This document shows, piece by piece, positions 35,536 to 48,333 of a DNA stretch of 64,000 nt. Source of the DNA: Ascoidea asiatica JCM 7603 (taxonomy: Eukaryota > Fungi > Ascomycota). The stretch is taken from NCBI GenBank assembly GCA_001600695.1, contig BCKQ01000004.1:1292321-1356320 (forward strand), in the 5' to 3' direction. The position numbers and the translations under genes are program-made. The notes beneath the pieces were generated by a model. The model saw only the letters and a program-made list of their open reading frames with translations, had not been told where the DNA came from and ran no database searches. Each line of letters starts with the position of its first letter. The first letter of the stretch is position 1.

Positions 35536-35844
35536 TATTCATTATTTATCATTTATCATTGTTTTAAAGATGTTGATATTAAAGATGAAGAGATAAGAAT
35601 TGAATTCATTATATTTTGGTTATTCTTTGATTTATGATTGATATAAATATTGCATTTGTATTCAATTGATCAGTTTCAGAAACAGCAAAAACAGCTTCTT
35701 TTGATTCTGCTTCTTTTGATTCTGCTTCTTTGCCACTCGATTGAAAACACAAAATGGAAGGTCAGGTGACTAGTACGTGTCATGTGATATACATTTTCAA
35801 ATATAATTTATAAGAATATTCTAGAATATAAAACAAAAAGAAAT

Positions 35845-35918
35845 TGGTCCCTAGCAGGATCGAACTGCTGATCCCCGCGTTATTAGCACGATGCCTTAAC
35901 CAACTGGGCCAAGGGACC
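35845..35918 (-). tRNA. tRNA-Ile(AAT)
   Basis: GGTCCCTTGGCCCAGTTGGTTAAGGC...CT-AAT-AA...GTTCGATCC...GGGACCA. Confidence 0.95.
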
Positions 35919-36014
35919 AATTTTTTATAAAACATACATTGTTGCAATTAGTGAATTTAAGAAATAGAGATAAATTAAAAATTATAAAAAATTATAAAAA
36001 ATAATAAAAAAAAT

Positions 36015-36038
36015 TGCTAATTCTGTGGATCGAACACA

Positions 36039-36071
<33 letters not shown>

Positions 36072-36087
36072 GCTGAGCTAAATCAGC
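36015..36087 (-). tRNA. tRNA-Phe(GAA), no intron
   Basis: GCTGATTTAGCTCAGCTGGGAGAGCG-TCAGA-CT-GAA-GA-TCTGA...GTTCGATCC. Confidence 0.95.
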
Positions 36088-36210
36088 AAAAAGACACTGT
36101 TAAATAGAACTTAAATCTTCCAAAAACAAAAACAGATAATCTTTTGGTTTTTTTTTTCACTTACCTCAAGTAAACTAAAATCTTAAAATTATAGATGATA
36201 GAGTTAGATA

Positions 36211-36783
36211 TTAGAATATACCATTATTTTGATTATAAATTTTATATAATTGATGAAATAAAGGTTTCCATTTTTTTGAAGTTATTAATAAAAGACAAAA
36301 AGTATAAAATAAAATTGAAGATAATAAATAAATTGAAGAAAAAATAGAATAATTTAAAAAAATAAATATTGTTAAAATTTTTAAAATTGATAAATGATTT
36401 TTAAAAAAATTTGAATAATAATTTAATAATATATTATTAAATTTAATTAATAAATCATTATTATTATTATTATTATTATTTAATAAATCATTTGGTTTTT
36501 CACTTATATAATTAATGAAATCTAAAAGGAAATCATTTGAAAATGTAACAAAATTAAATAATTCTTTTATTGATCTGAATAATATTAATGGCATTATTAT
36601 TAAACCTATTATATCCACAAAATTTGATAAAATTCCACCATTATTATCATTTGGATGATAAATATTATCCAAGTGATCTTGGAAATCATCATTGAATTCA
36701 TCTTCAACTCTGAAAGTGAGATTTATTTCCACTGGAACTGTTTCTTCTCCATTGTCCACTCGATTGTTTCTATTCACATTCAT
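36211..36783 (-). CDS. Hypothetical membrane protein
   Basis: About 190 aa with 2-3 hydrophobic segments; ATG at 36783. Confidence 0.55.
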   Translation of the reverse strand: MNVNRNNRVDNGEETVPVEINLTFRVEDEFNDDFQDHLDNIYHPNDNNGGILSNFVDIIGLIIMPLILFRSIKELFNFVTFSNDFLLDFINYISEKPNDLLNNNNNNNNDLLIKFNNILLNYYSNFFKNHLSILKILTIFIFLNYSIFSSIYLLSSILFYTFCLLLITSKKWKPLFHQLYKIYNQNNGIF

Positions 36784-37278
36784 ATCCACTCTTTATTATA
36801 TTATTATATTATTATATGATTATGTGATTATATTATTATATGATTATATGATTATATTATTATGTGATTGTATGATTGATTATAAGTTGTTGTTGTTCTG
36901 TTCTGTTCTGTTCTGTTCTTGTTCTTGTTGTTTCTGTTTCTGTTTCTGTTTCTGTTTGTGTTCTGATTTGATTTGAGTGGACCCGTTGCGGTGGTATCTA
37001 GTGCATGCACCACTGTACTTGCAAGTACTCCCCCTTGCACTCCTCCATTTACTCAAATATAATCAATTGAAGAAATAAACTCATACAATCATGCAATAAT
37101 ATAATCATATAGTCATATAATCATATAGTCATTTCAATTACAGAAGTCTTTATTACAGAATGAAATCATATTTCATAAAAAGTCATATATTCAAATCACA
37201 TAATAAAATCATAGAAGGTAAAAGAGAGTTATAAAAAGAGAGTTGTAAAAAGAGTTATCAATATAATATAATGGAATA

Positions 37279-39027
37279 CTAAATTTTATCAAGTATTTCT
37301 TTTCTTGCTTTAAACATCTTTGATCTACCTTTTGTAAATTTATAAAGTAAATCAATTTCTTCTAATTTTAAACCTTTAGTTTCAGGTATAAAAAAACAAA
37401 CAAAAAAAAAACTAATTAATAAAAAAATTGAAAATATATATCCAAATTTAAATCCAATTTTTTTTGTAATATATGGTGTAATTAATGAGATTAAAAAATT
37501 TATAATCCAATTTATTGATGTTGCTAATGACATTGAAATTGATTTAACTTTAATTGGATAAATTTCTGAAATAAATACAAATGAAATTGGTCCCCATGTA
37601 CATGCAAATCCTAATATATAAAAACATGTAAAAATTATCATAATTATACCTCCAATTGAATTATTATTATTATTACCATTGATATCATTATTAACAACAA
37701 AATTTCCAATTGATGCATAAATTATCATACATATACACATCCAAATAGATCCAATAATTAAACATATTCTTCTACCTAATTTTTCAACAATATAAATTCC
37801 AAAAAATGTACAAAAAAAATTAATTAAACCTAAAATTATTGATGTTAAATATCCATCTTTCATACCAACATTATTAAATAATGAACTACCATAATAAAAA
37901 AAATAATTAACTCCTGTTAATTGTTGAAATGACATAATTAAAATACCACTTAATAATCGAAATCCTAATCTTGGTTCTCCAGTAAAAATTTCTTTCCAAA
38001 TATTATTATTATTATTATTACCATTAATATTACTCATTTTTTTTTCATTTTCAATTATTATTTGAATTTCTTCAATTTCTTTAATTATTTCATTTTCATT
38101 CTTATTTTTATTTAATTTACTTAATGATTTTTTAGCTTCTTTTAAATCTCCATTCTCAATTAAAAATCTTGAACTTTCTGGCATGAAAATTGAAGCTAAA
38201 ATTATTAAAAAACCCCAAATATATGTTAAACTTAATGGTATAATCCATTCTTTATCATTATTATTAAATTTTTCTTTAGTAATATAATCACATATATATC
38301 CTAATAATATACCTAAAGTTATCATTAATTGATAAATTACAACTAATGATCCTCTAACTTCTTTTGGTGAACTTTCTGAAATAAACATTGGTATTAAAAC
38401 TGATGTTGATCCAACTGCAATTCCAGAAATTATTCTACCAATTAAAATTTGAAACCATTTTAATGAAAAAATTGATAATAATTGAATTAAAATTCCAATA
38501 AAATAAATTAAAATTGAAATTATTATACCCCATCTTCTACCATATTTATCTCCAATTTTTGATGGAATTATTAATCCACCAATTGCACATCCAATATTAA
38601 ATGATGAAATTATTAATCCAATAATAATTTGATCAAATGAATAATTAATTTCATTTGTAATTGAATTAATTTCTTTAATATTTCCAAATCTTCTTTTAAA
38701 TGAATTCATATTTGTTATACCTCCAATAGTTCCTGTATCCCATCCAAATACAAGTCCACCAAATGAAATTGTAATACAAAGAATTATTGCTAACCATTCA
38801 TTTTGCTTTTTTTTATTTTTATTAAAACTATTATTGGAATTAGAATTAGAATTTAAATTATTTTTTATATCATTTTTAAAATCTGAATAACTTTCATCAT
38901 TAGATAATGTTTTTTTTGACATTTCCAAAGTTGAATTTTCAGATTCTTTACTTGTTATTTGTTCAACTTTTGTTGTTAAAGATAAAGTTGGATCCAAAAA
39001 TAAATCAGATTTAACTTTGAAAGACAT
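37279..39027 (-). CDS. Sugar porter (hexose transporter family)
   Basis: FGGLVFGWDTGTI, DKYGRR, PMFISESSPKEVRG, QQLTGVNYFFYYG, PETKG. Confidence 0.93.
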   Translation of the reverse strand: MSFKVKSDLFLDPTLSLTTKVEQITSKESENSTLEMSKKTLSNDESYSDFKNDIKNNLNSNSNSNNSFNKNKKKQNEWLAIILCITISFGGLVFGWDTGTIGGITNMNSFKRRFGNIKEINSITNEINYSFDQIIIGLIISSFNIGCAIGGLIIPSKIGDKYGRRWGIIISILIYFIGILIQLLSIFSLKWFQILIGRIISGIAVGSTSVLIPMFISESSPKEVRGSLVVIYQLMITLGILLGYICDYITKEKFNNNDKEWIIPLSLTYIWGFLIILASIFMPESSRFLIENGDLKEAKKSLSKLNKNKNENEIIKEIEEIQIIIENEKKMSNINGNNNNNNIWKEIFTGEPRLGFRLLSGILIMSFQQLTGVNYFFYYGSSLFNNVGMKDGYLTSIILGLINFFCTFFGIYIVEKLGRRICLIIGSIWMCICMIIYASIGNFVVNNDINGNNNNNSIGGIIMIIFTCFYILGFACTWGPISFVFISEIYPIKVKSISMSLATSINWIINFLISLITPYITKKIGFKFGYIFSIFLLISFFFVCFFIPETKGLKLEEIDLLYKFTKGRSKMFKARKEILDKI

Positions 39028-39838
39028 TTTTTTATATAAATTTAGTTAAATTAAATTGAATATAAATTAAAAGTTAAGAGTTAAGTAAGACTTATAAAAA
39101 AAATGAAAATAAATATTTAAAAATTAGAAAAAGAAAGAAAAAGACATCCTTTTATATAAATTTATTATTATTAGCAAAAAAATAAAATTGCTTTTTAAAA
39201 TAGAATTTTAAAATATTTTTATATATTAAACAATAATAGCAATTATAACTTTTTTTTGCTTTTCATTCTTCTCGTCTCAAAAAATGATTGTTCATATTAA
39301 GTTTGAGCAGCAAATATATAATATAATATAGTAAACTACTAGAAAACATACAACTATTAATAATTAAAATTTATGGAAGGGGGGGGGGAATTGCAAACAA
39401 TATCGAAAAAAGAAATTTGAATGAAAAGTCTGCAAATAAAAATAAAATAGAAACAAATAAAGTTAATTAAGGTTAGAAACATTCAAATACAGTTTGCTTT
39501 CGTCTGTTTAAAGCTTGCTTTTGGCTTAATTAAAGTTTAGTTTAAAAACAAACAAAAAAAAATAAAATTTGGTAAAGAACAAAACCCATAAACTTGGTCT
39601 CCAAACGGCACATGTGTGAATGGTATCACATGACTTAGAACGTGACACAGAATTTATATTTAATTTATGATTAATTTAACAATACTTTAATGTTGGAGTT
39701 ATTTTGCTTTAATTATAAGAAGTAATTAATATATTGATTGTATTATAATTGATGATTGTATATGGATAGATAGTATGATATCAATATAATTCAAATAATC
39801 ATTAGAACAGAAACAGCAATAACTTTGGAAGAGATAAG

Positions 39839-40558
39839 ATGATTGGAATAATAGTGTTTGTTTTTGTGTGGTTGATATTAAAACATTTAATAAAATTATA
39901 TGGTAAAGATAAATTTTGTTCAATAATTTGCTATCATTATTTAAATATCAGTAAAAAAATATTACCAAATTCAAATTTTCAAAAAAATGTAAGAAAATTA
40001 AATTCATATAAGAAAGAATTAAATGAAATTAAAATTGAAAAATTTAAATTATCACCACAACAAAATTATGCAAAATGGGTTAAATTAAATAGAAAATTTG
40101 ATAATTTAAAAATTGAAATAAATAAATTAGATAAATTAGTTTTTGAAAATACTGAGTCAAATTTAGTAATTTTTAAAAGAATTTTAAATTTAATTTTAAA
40201 TTTACCATTATTTTATTTAAGATTTTTTAAATTTAATTTAAATTTATTTTATTTACCTAAAAATTATTTACCAAATTTTATTTTTTTCATGTTTAATTTT
40301 ACAAAAATTTTTTCAAAAAAAAAAGATTTAATTTCAAAAAATTATAATTCAATTAATTTAACAATTTGGATTTTTTTAATTGGAATATTAATTAATAATA
40401 TTGAATTTATAATTATAAATTTATTTTATATTCAAAAACCAATAATTAATAAAGAAAATAAAATTACAGAAATAACAGATTTATTAGAAGATAATAAAAG
40501 TAATAAGATTACTGAAATCAATGAAGTTGATGATGAAAATAATAAAAAAGAAATTTAG
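39839..40558 (+). CDS. GET1: Get1/WRB ER insertase subunit (start uncertain)
   Basis: N-terminal TM, coiled coil with SPQQNYAKWVKLNRKFD, C-terminal TMs. Confidence 0.8.
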   Translation: MIGIIVFVFVWLILKHLIKLYGKDKFCSIICYHYLNISKKILPNSNFQKNVRKLNSYKKELNEIKIEKFKLSPQQNYAKWVKLNRKFDNLKIEINKLDKLVFENTESNLVIFKRILNLILNLPLFYLRFFKFNLNLFYLPKNYLPNFIFFMFNFTKIFSKKKDLISKNYNSINLTIWIFLIGILINNIEFIIINLFYIQKPIINKENKITEITDLLEDNKSNKITEINEVDDENNKKEI

Positions 40559-40773
40559 GATTACATTTATATTTTTAAGTTCAGTTTAAACTAATTTCAT
40601 TTATATATATAAATAAATATATACAGTATACAGTATAAATTATATATTGAAAAGTTATAATAATAAAAAGTAGATAAATATAAATTATAATAAAACCCAC
40701 GGAAAAACAAACATGATAGTTACTAAAAAAATATCTATTATTAAAATAACTTTATAAAGAAATTTACATGAAA

Positions 40774-41715
<942 letters not shown>

Positions 41716-41969
41716 TTATTTGTGTAATATTAGTTTTTTATTTATATATATATATATATATTAAAGACTCAGAAATTTAATCTTTTGATCTTTTATGAAT
41801 GGAGAAAGTAAATAGCTTTATTTATGGATTAATGATTATCAATCTACTGAAAAATATAAAAATATTAAGAGGTTGTTGATATTAAAATGAAATAATTTCT
41901 TGAAAATAAACAAAGGAGAAACCAAATGATATTTATACCACCCAGAAACTGAGCCCACTCTCGTTCAGT

Positions 41970-42135
41970 TTGGAATATTCTCTGATTGTGTTTTGGAAGT
42001 CGAGCGGCAGGGGATGAGATCACTTCGCCCACGCAGAACAGTCCGCTTATCGGAGAATTACAGGCCGGGAACACCCACGGTGTCTTATTGGCTGGACTGG
42101 AAGGTGGCAACATTGCGGGCACCCAGCCACGTGCT
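41970..42135. promoter_or_regulatory. GC-rich divergent UBI4/PRP9 control region with stress motifs
   Basis: GAAtaTTC (~41974), STRE AGGGG (42009-42013), PACE-like GGTGGCAAC (42103-42111), CACGTG (~42128). Confidence 0.5.
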
Positions 42136-42537
42136 AAAAGCACCGCTGTGCTCTGGGGCAGCCTCATCAAAGTTACAGTGCACGTATTTAGGAGACAATT
42201 ATTTTTGTCCCGATTTATTTAATTGCTCCGGCAACGGCCAAAAAAAAAATATTTCCCCAAATGGAAACCAAGTCGAAACTACAGGAATTCACCTCGGAAG
42301 AAGTGTTATTATTACCCAATTAGGATATTAATCAATTAAGCATATAAATAAATGAAAAAAAATAATTACAGTAAAATAAACAAAAGAGATGAAATAATGG
42401 TGATTATTCAAATAATTAATCGAAGTTAAAATATAATACAAAGAGGATAAAGTGAAGAAAAAGTAGAAGAGCTTATAATAGAAGGAAGTATTTTGTTTTG
42501 CAAAGAAAGTCTGTTAAAATATCTAGTCTAATTAGCA

Positions 42538-44487
42538 ATGCAAAGTATATCTAAATTGGAAAATATTAATGTATTATTGAATGAGCTAAATGAAAATGAA
42601 AATGACAATGAAATAAATAAAGAAATAGAAAAAATTGAAAATTATTCAAGTTTTGATTATATTGAAATTATCAGATCAAAGATTGAAGAACTATTCATAA
42701 TAGAAAATGCAATCATTCAAAGATTAATGAAAAATAAAAACATTTATAATCCAAAAGATTCAAATAATGAAATTAATAAAAAAAAATCAATAAATTACTC
42801 TTATAATCAAAATTTATTACAACAACATGAAATTAATCTATTTTTAATAAATTATAAGAAAATTTGTAATTATTTAAATATTATCCTTTTCAAAAATAAT
42901 AAAATTTTATTGGATAAGTTCAATTTAATCAATGATCAAAATTATAATTTTCAAAATTTTCAAAACTTAATTAAAAATTTAAATCAAAATTATTCAAATC
43001 AAAATATTTCAAATCCAAATAATTATAATTTGAAATTGTTATATTCTATAGGTTCTTCAAATCTATCAGAATCTGATTTAAAAGATCAATCAAATGAAAA
43101 TTCAGAAATTTTAAATAAATTTGATAAAATTACAAAAAATTTTAAACCATTAAATAAAAAAAAGAATATCTTAAGTTTTTATTCAAAGAATTTAAATTTA
43201 TTTTTAGATAATAAATTTTCTGTTGAAGAAAATTTTGGTAAATTTATTGATTTGATACAACTGCATGAAAATTATTTGAATTTAGAGTTGAATAATACTA
43301 AAAATGAAATTAAAATTAATAGATTTCAATTAAATTATTTAAATTATTTATCCGTATTTGATAAACTTGGGAAATATTCAATAAAAATTCAAGATATTTC
43401 AATTAATCAAAATTTCATCAACTTTAATAATTCAATTAATAGAGACTCGAGTTCTTATAATGTATATACTAGTGATTTATTAAACTATTTAATAAATTTC
43501 ATCAAAAATTCAAAACCTTTATTGAACTTGAATAAAGTTATTTATGATTTAAAAATAAATTTCAAATTCAATCCAATCAACGAGAAAGAAACTAAAATTG
43601 AAATTAAAAGTGAAAAAGAAAATGAAAAAGAAATTGAAAAGGAAATTGAAAAGGAAATTGAAAAGGATAATAATCTATTTTGTAAAGCTTGTAATAAACT
43701 TTTTTCAAAAGATACTGTATATAAAGCCCATTTTAATGGTAAAAAACATAAGAAAAATGAACTTAAATTACAAAAAGATAATACTATTGATAATTCTAAC
43801 AATAATAATATTAAGACTAAAGAATTTGGAAAAGATATACAATATAAAGAATTTTTAATTTATAAATTAACTAAATTAATTGATAAACAGAGACAAGATA
43901 CAAAATTAAATGTTGAAAGACGACAAGCTTTAACAAATAAAGAAAGATTAGAAGAAATTGATGAATTATTAAAAGATAATGATGAAGATATAAATTTAGT
44001 TAAATTAAATGATCCTGATTATTATTTTGATTCAGATAATGAAACCAATCAAAATGATGATAATAATAATCAAAACATTAATCATGATGAAAATGAAGAT
44101 AATTTATCTTCAAATCCTCTTGATTTACCTTTAGGATTTGATGGAAAACCAATACCATTTTGGTTATATAAATTACAAGGTTTAAATAAAAAATTTAAAT
44201 GTGAAATATGTGGTAATTATCAATATAAAGGTAGAAAATATTTTGAAAAACATTTTTTAGAAACTAGACATCTTCATGGTTTAAAATGTTTAGGTATAAA
44301 TAATCCAAATGAAGTATTTAGAGGAATTTACAAAATTGAAGATGCTACTAAACTTTGGAATCAAATAAAATTTTCTTATAGAAAAAAGAATGGTAATAAT
44401 GAAAATATAATTGAAGTTGAAGATGAGGAAGGAAATGTTATGACTGAAAAAGTTTACAATGATCTTAAAAAGCAAGGTCTATTATAA
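42538..44487 (+). CDS. PRP9: Splicing factor SF3a subunit Prp9/SF3A3
   Basis: FSVEENFGKFIDL, CKACNKLF...HFNGKKH, NPLDLPLGFDGKPIPFWLYKLQGL, CEICGN..YKGR..FEKHF.E.RH..GL.CLGI, EVEDEEGNVM..KVY.DLKKQGLL. Confidence 0.95.
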   Translation: MQSISKLENINVLLNELNENENDNEINKEIEKIENYSSFDYIEIIRSKIEELFIIENAIIQRLMKNKNIYNPKDSNNEINKKKSINYSYNQNLLQQHEINLFLINYKKICNYLNIILFKNNKILLDKFNLINDQNYNFQNFQNLIKNLNQNYSNQNISNPNNYNLKLLYSIGSSNLSESDLKDQSNENSEILNKFDKITKNFKPLNKKKNILSFYSKNLNLFLDNKFSVEENFGKFIDLIQLHENYLNLELNNTKNEIKINRFQLNYLNYLSVFDKLGKYSIKIQDISINQNFINFNNSINRDSSSYNVYTSDLLNYLINFIKNSKPLLNLNKVIYDLKINFKFNPINEKETKIEIKSEKENEKEIEKEIEKEIEKDNNLFCKACNKLFSKDTVYKAHFNGKKHKKNELKLQKDNTIDNSNNNNIKTKEFGKDIQYKEFLIYKLTKLIDKQRQDTKLNVERRQALTNKERLEEIDELLKDNDEDINLVKLNDPDYYFDSDNETNQNDDNNNQNINHDENEDNLSSNPLDLPLGFDGKPIPFWLYKLQGLNKKFKCEICGNYQYKGRKYFEKHFLETRHLHGLKCLGINNPNEVFRGIYKIEDATKLWNQIKFSYRKKNGNNENIIEVEDEEGNVMTEKVYNDLKKQGLL

Positions 44488-44920
44488 TATTTAGAACATT
44501 GAGTTTTAATTTTATTAAGGAATTATTCAGTAATTTAAAATTCCATTATCCGTAAAACTGAAAACAATTGTTTAAATTATACTTTAGGAAGTTATTGTGA
44601 TCGAAAAGAGAATATGTTTTCCTGTCAAAATTTGAATTGATATCGTATAATAAAACTAGTTGTCATAATTTCACTAACTAGTTTAATTTGATTACTCAAA
44701 AGAATTATTTAAAGCTTTGAAATGTCCTTTATTACTTTAAATGAAATATTGTGATTGTGAAATTCTTTTAGTAGATGATTCATATAACAATTTGTTAATT
44801 CGTTAATTCGTATTCATTATATCGTATATATAAAATATATAATTATTTATTTAATTATAATTTTTTATTACCAGTTTTCATAATTCCCAAATAAAATTTT
44901 AAATAAAATCTTAAATATCC

Positions 44921-46621
44921 TTAATTATTTTTATCATCGTTTTCAGAACTATTTTGATTTAAATTAATTTTTTTTTCTACACGATCAATAGAAAATGGAT
45001 CAACTTCAGTAGTTTTAAAATCTCTAGCGAAAATCTTCATTTCAAATAACATATCAAGTTCTGCAAATGATCTATTTTTAATCTCAGGTAATCTAAACCA
45101 AGCCCAAATAATAAAAAAAAAATTAATACCAGCCCAAAAAAAACCAGTTTTTGCTTTCCAATTCCATTCAGTTGGATTTAACATATATGGAGTTATAATA
45201 GCATTTATAATACCACCAATATTATAAATATTTCTTGCAAAAATTACAGTTTTAGCTCTTAATCTAGTTGAAGGAATTTCTGAAACTAAAGAATAACAAA
45301 CTGGACCTAAAGTTAAATCATAAATAAAAACAAAAAGAATTAATAAAGAACCTATGGCCCATTTTGGACTTTTTAAAGATTGATTTAAACAACCTAAAAT
45401 TCCAACAATAATTAAAATTAAAAAAAGAGAAGATAAACCATAAAAAAAAATTTTAAATCTACCAACTTTTGTAATCATAAGCCAAGAACCAATTGTACCA
45501 ATAAAACCAAGAATATATTGAATAATAGTAAAATTAAAAGAAGCATTAGTACTTAAACCAGCTTGAATATAAAAATAAGTTGAATAATTCATTAAAGCAT
45601 TACCACACCAATTTTGAGCTAACCAAACAATAGTTACAATTTCTGTTCTTCTTAAATTAATACCTTTAAAACAATCAAAAAAATTAGAATTATTAGTAGT
45701 TTCAGATTCTAAATTTATTGTTAATTCCATTAAATCAACAATTTGATTTGCAGTTTTAATAATATCAGGACAATATTCAGATTTAGATAATAATCTTTTA
45801 CAAGAAATAAAAGCATTTTTACGATTTTTTTTTCTAATTAACCACCATGGAGATTCTGGAGCTAAATAAATTCCAATTAAAATTGGTAATGGCCAAATCC
45901 ATTGAATTGCAAATGGAATTTTATAAGCCCATTTTGTTGAATTATTTGAATAAATTCTTAAAATTATAGAAGATAATAATTGACCAAAAATCCAACAAAT
46001 ATTTATATAAGTTGTTAAATAATATCTTAAAGACATTGGACAAATTTCAGTTGCATAAACAATAGATAAACTTTGAAAACTACCCCAAGGTAAACCTAAA
46101 AAAAATTCACCAATTAAAAGTGTTTGAATATTTGGAGCGAAAAAAACTATGAAAATAAATGAAATTACAAATATTAAAGCAGAAATTAAAGTTTTTTTAT
46201 AACCAAATTTTTCTACAAAAATTCCTGCTAACCATGAACCAAAAATTTCACCAATATTTGAAGATAAAATTAAAGTACTTTGCCAAGGAGCAGAAATTTC
46301 ATAATTATTATTAAAATTATTAATATTACCATATTTTTTTTTAAAAGCAGGAAATGCAAAAAAAGAACTTAATAAAGTAATATCATAACCTTCCATGATT
46401 AAAGCACTTGATAAAATTACAGACCACATTACAGCTTTTGGATAAATTCTTAAACCTTGATATAAAGACATTTGTTTTTCATTATTTTGAGCATTTTTAG
46501 CATTTGAAATAGTACCTAAGAAATTATTTAAACATATATTATTATTATTATCATTATTATTAGAATTATCACTTTTTAAAGATTGTAATTCAATAATAGT
46601 TTCAGTAATTTCAGAATCCAT
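44921..46621 (-). CDS. Maltose/alpha-glucoside permease (MAL-type sugar porter)
   Basis: YPKAVMWS...ALIMEGYD, YATEICP..LRYYLTTY.N.CW.FGQ, IPFAIQWIWP, RRTEI, SEIPSTRLRAKT. Confidence 0.92.
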   Translation of the reverse strand: MDSEITETIIELQSLKSDNSNNNDNNNNICLNNFLGTISNAKNAQNNEKQMSLYQGLRIYPKAVMWSVILSSALIMEGYDITLLSSFFAFPAFKKKYGNINNFNNNYEISAPWQSTLILSSNIGEIFGSWLAGIFVEKFGYKKTLISALIFVISFIFIVFFAPNIQTLLIGEFFLGLPWGSFQSLSIVYATEICPMSLRYYLTTYINICWIFGQLLSSIILRIYSNNSTKWAYKIPFAIQWIWPLPILIGIYLAPESPWWLIRKKNRKNAFISCKRLLSKSEYCPDIIKTANQIVDLMELTINLESETTNNSNFFDCFKGINLRRTEIVTIVWLAQNWCGNALMNYSTYFYIQAGLSTNASFNFTIIQYILGFIGTIGSWLMITKVGRFKIFFYGLSSLFLILIIVGILGCLNQSLKSPKWAIGSLLILFVFIYDLTLGPVCYSLVSEIPSTRLRAKTVIFARNIYNIGGIINAIITPYMLNPTEWNWKAKTGFFWAGINFFFIIWAWFRLPEIKNRSFAELDMLFEMKIFARDFKTTEVDPFSIDRVEKKINLNQNSSENDDKNN

Positions 46622-47613
46622 TTTTATTTAAAAGAAAATCAAATTTAATATTAGCAATAATATTAGCAATAATTTTTAAATTTATAATCTATATTATAAA
46701 TTTAAAATATGAAAAGTTTAATATATATATATAAATTATAAATGAAAGATAGATAGATACATAATGAATATATGAATATATGAATTTTTAAGTAGTTGAA
46801 GAGATTTCAATAGATTATTATTGAAATTTAAGTTATTTAAATAATAAGTAATATTTTGAGTATTAAAGTATCATTGTATTTCAAATAAGAAGATATGAAG
46901 ATATTATTGAAGATAAAGCAAGTTTCTAAAGCACAGAACCAGAAAAAGTACAATAAATATCATAGCTTCAAGCAACTTTAGTTAACTCATATGGATAATA
47001 ATGGGGTTCTTCATACATCCTTTCATTTATTCATTCATACATCCTTTCATTTATTCATTTATTCATTGATTCATTGATTCATTGATTCTCTATTCATTGA
47101 TATTTATTATTAATATTTATTTATTTATTTAATTGTTTATTTATTTATTTATTTATTTTTGTGTTTTTGGTAGATAAGTACCATTGCAATGGGTGGTATG
47201 ATATAGGGCAGGCACGTCCTTTTATTAGTGTCTTGTTGTCCTGAACCTGTTGATATTTTCAGTTGTTTGAATATAAAAACTTTGATAGAACCAACACAGC
47301 AGACAACAGAGACAAGGAAAGTGCTTTGTTTGCTTGTTTGTTTACACAAATGACAAAAAGCTGAGTTTTCATAAACCATGAAGTGAATGATATTAATATT
47401 AATATTAATATTATATTTATATTTATATTTAGTAATTTTGACAGAGTTCATTTAATCTTATTTTATAACATTCAATATTATTAAAAAGAAACTTAATTCA
47501 TCTTCTCTTTTCTCGTTTACGATTATTGAAATATTATAAATTAAATCCATTCTCACTTCTTTTCATTTATTCATTCATTCACTTTATCAAATAATATATA
47601 TCTCAAATACAAA

Positions 47614-48144
47614 ATGAAATCATATATTGAACCTTCAATTGCAGTTTTTTTAAGAAATTTAATATTTAATTTAAATGATGAAATTCAATTAAAAAATTTT
47701 AAATTTAATAATTTATATAAAATTATAAATAATATTTATAAAATTAATAATTCAATTTCATTAATTGAAAATAATGATTTAATTATTAAAAAAAATTTAT
47801 CATGTAGATTAAATAATATTAATAATTGTAAATCAAATTTATTAATTTTTATAAATAAATCAAAAAATTATTTAATTTTAAAACAAAATTTTATTCATAA
47901 TCATTCAATTAATCAAAATGATATTCTTAAAACTTCTTCATATCTTAAAGATTTAATTAAATTTTCAACCATTAACAATATCAATAATAATATTAATAAC
48001 AATACTAATAATGAAGATATTATTCAATCTTTACAATTATCTTTAAATAATTTATATAATCAAATTGGTGCAAATTATATCTCAATTGATTTAATTAATC
48101 AAATTTCAAATAATAATTCATCTCCTATAAATTATAATATTTAA
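47614..48144 (+). CDS. Hypothetical protein with C-x7-C-x22-H-x-H motif (WRKY/GCM1/FAR1/Aft-like finger)
   Basis: SCRLNNINNCKSNLLIFINKSKNYLILKQNFIHNHS. Confidence 0.4.
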   Translation: MKSYIEPSIAVFLRNLIFNLNDEIQLKNFKFNNLYKIINNIYKINNSISLIENNDLIIKKNLSCRLNNINNCKSNLLIFINKSKNYLILKQNFIHNHSINQNDILKTSSYLKDLIKFSTINNINNNINNNTNNEDIIQSLQLSLNNLYNQIGANYISIDLINQISNNNSSPINYNI

Positions 48145-48333
48145 TAGACTCGTTACTTACTCTTTTTTCTTCTTTCTTCTTTTTATATACTTTATATAAT
48201 CTAATTACTTATATCTTTCTTTAACTTCTAAAATCTAATAATTTTAATTAATTTACTCTTATTTCTTATCTTTCAATATATAATATATATATATCTCAGA
48301 TTACATAACCGCTTACATAACCGTTATACGTTA

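Noticed and set aside
36158-36170. ACTTACCT resembling the U1 snRNA 5' end
   Set aside because: Following sequence is unstructured AT-rich DNA running into a CDS; no U1 stems or Sm site
39762-39838. Possible extra 5' exon and intron for GET1 (ATG at 39762, GTATGA at 39773)
   Set aside because: No convincing branch point; cannot be supported without transcript data
41865-42331. Three overlapping 78-112 aa ORFs between UBI4 and PRP9 (similarly 16051-16284, 22493-22705, 54843-55096)
   Set aside because: Arise from GC-rich promoter DNA with few stop codons; codon usage unlike host genes
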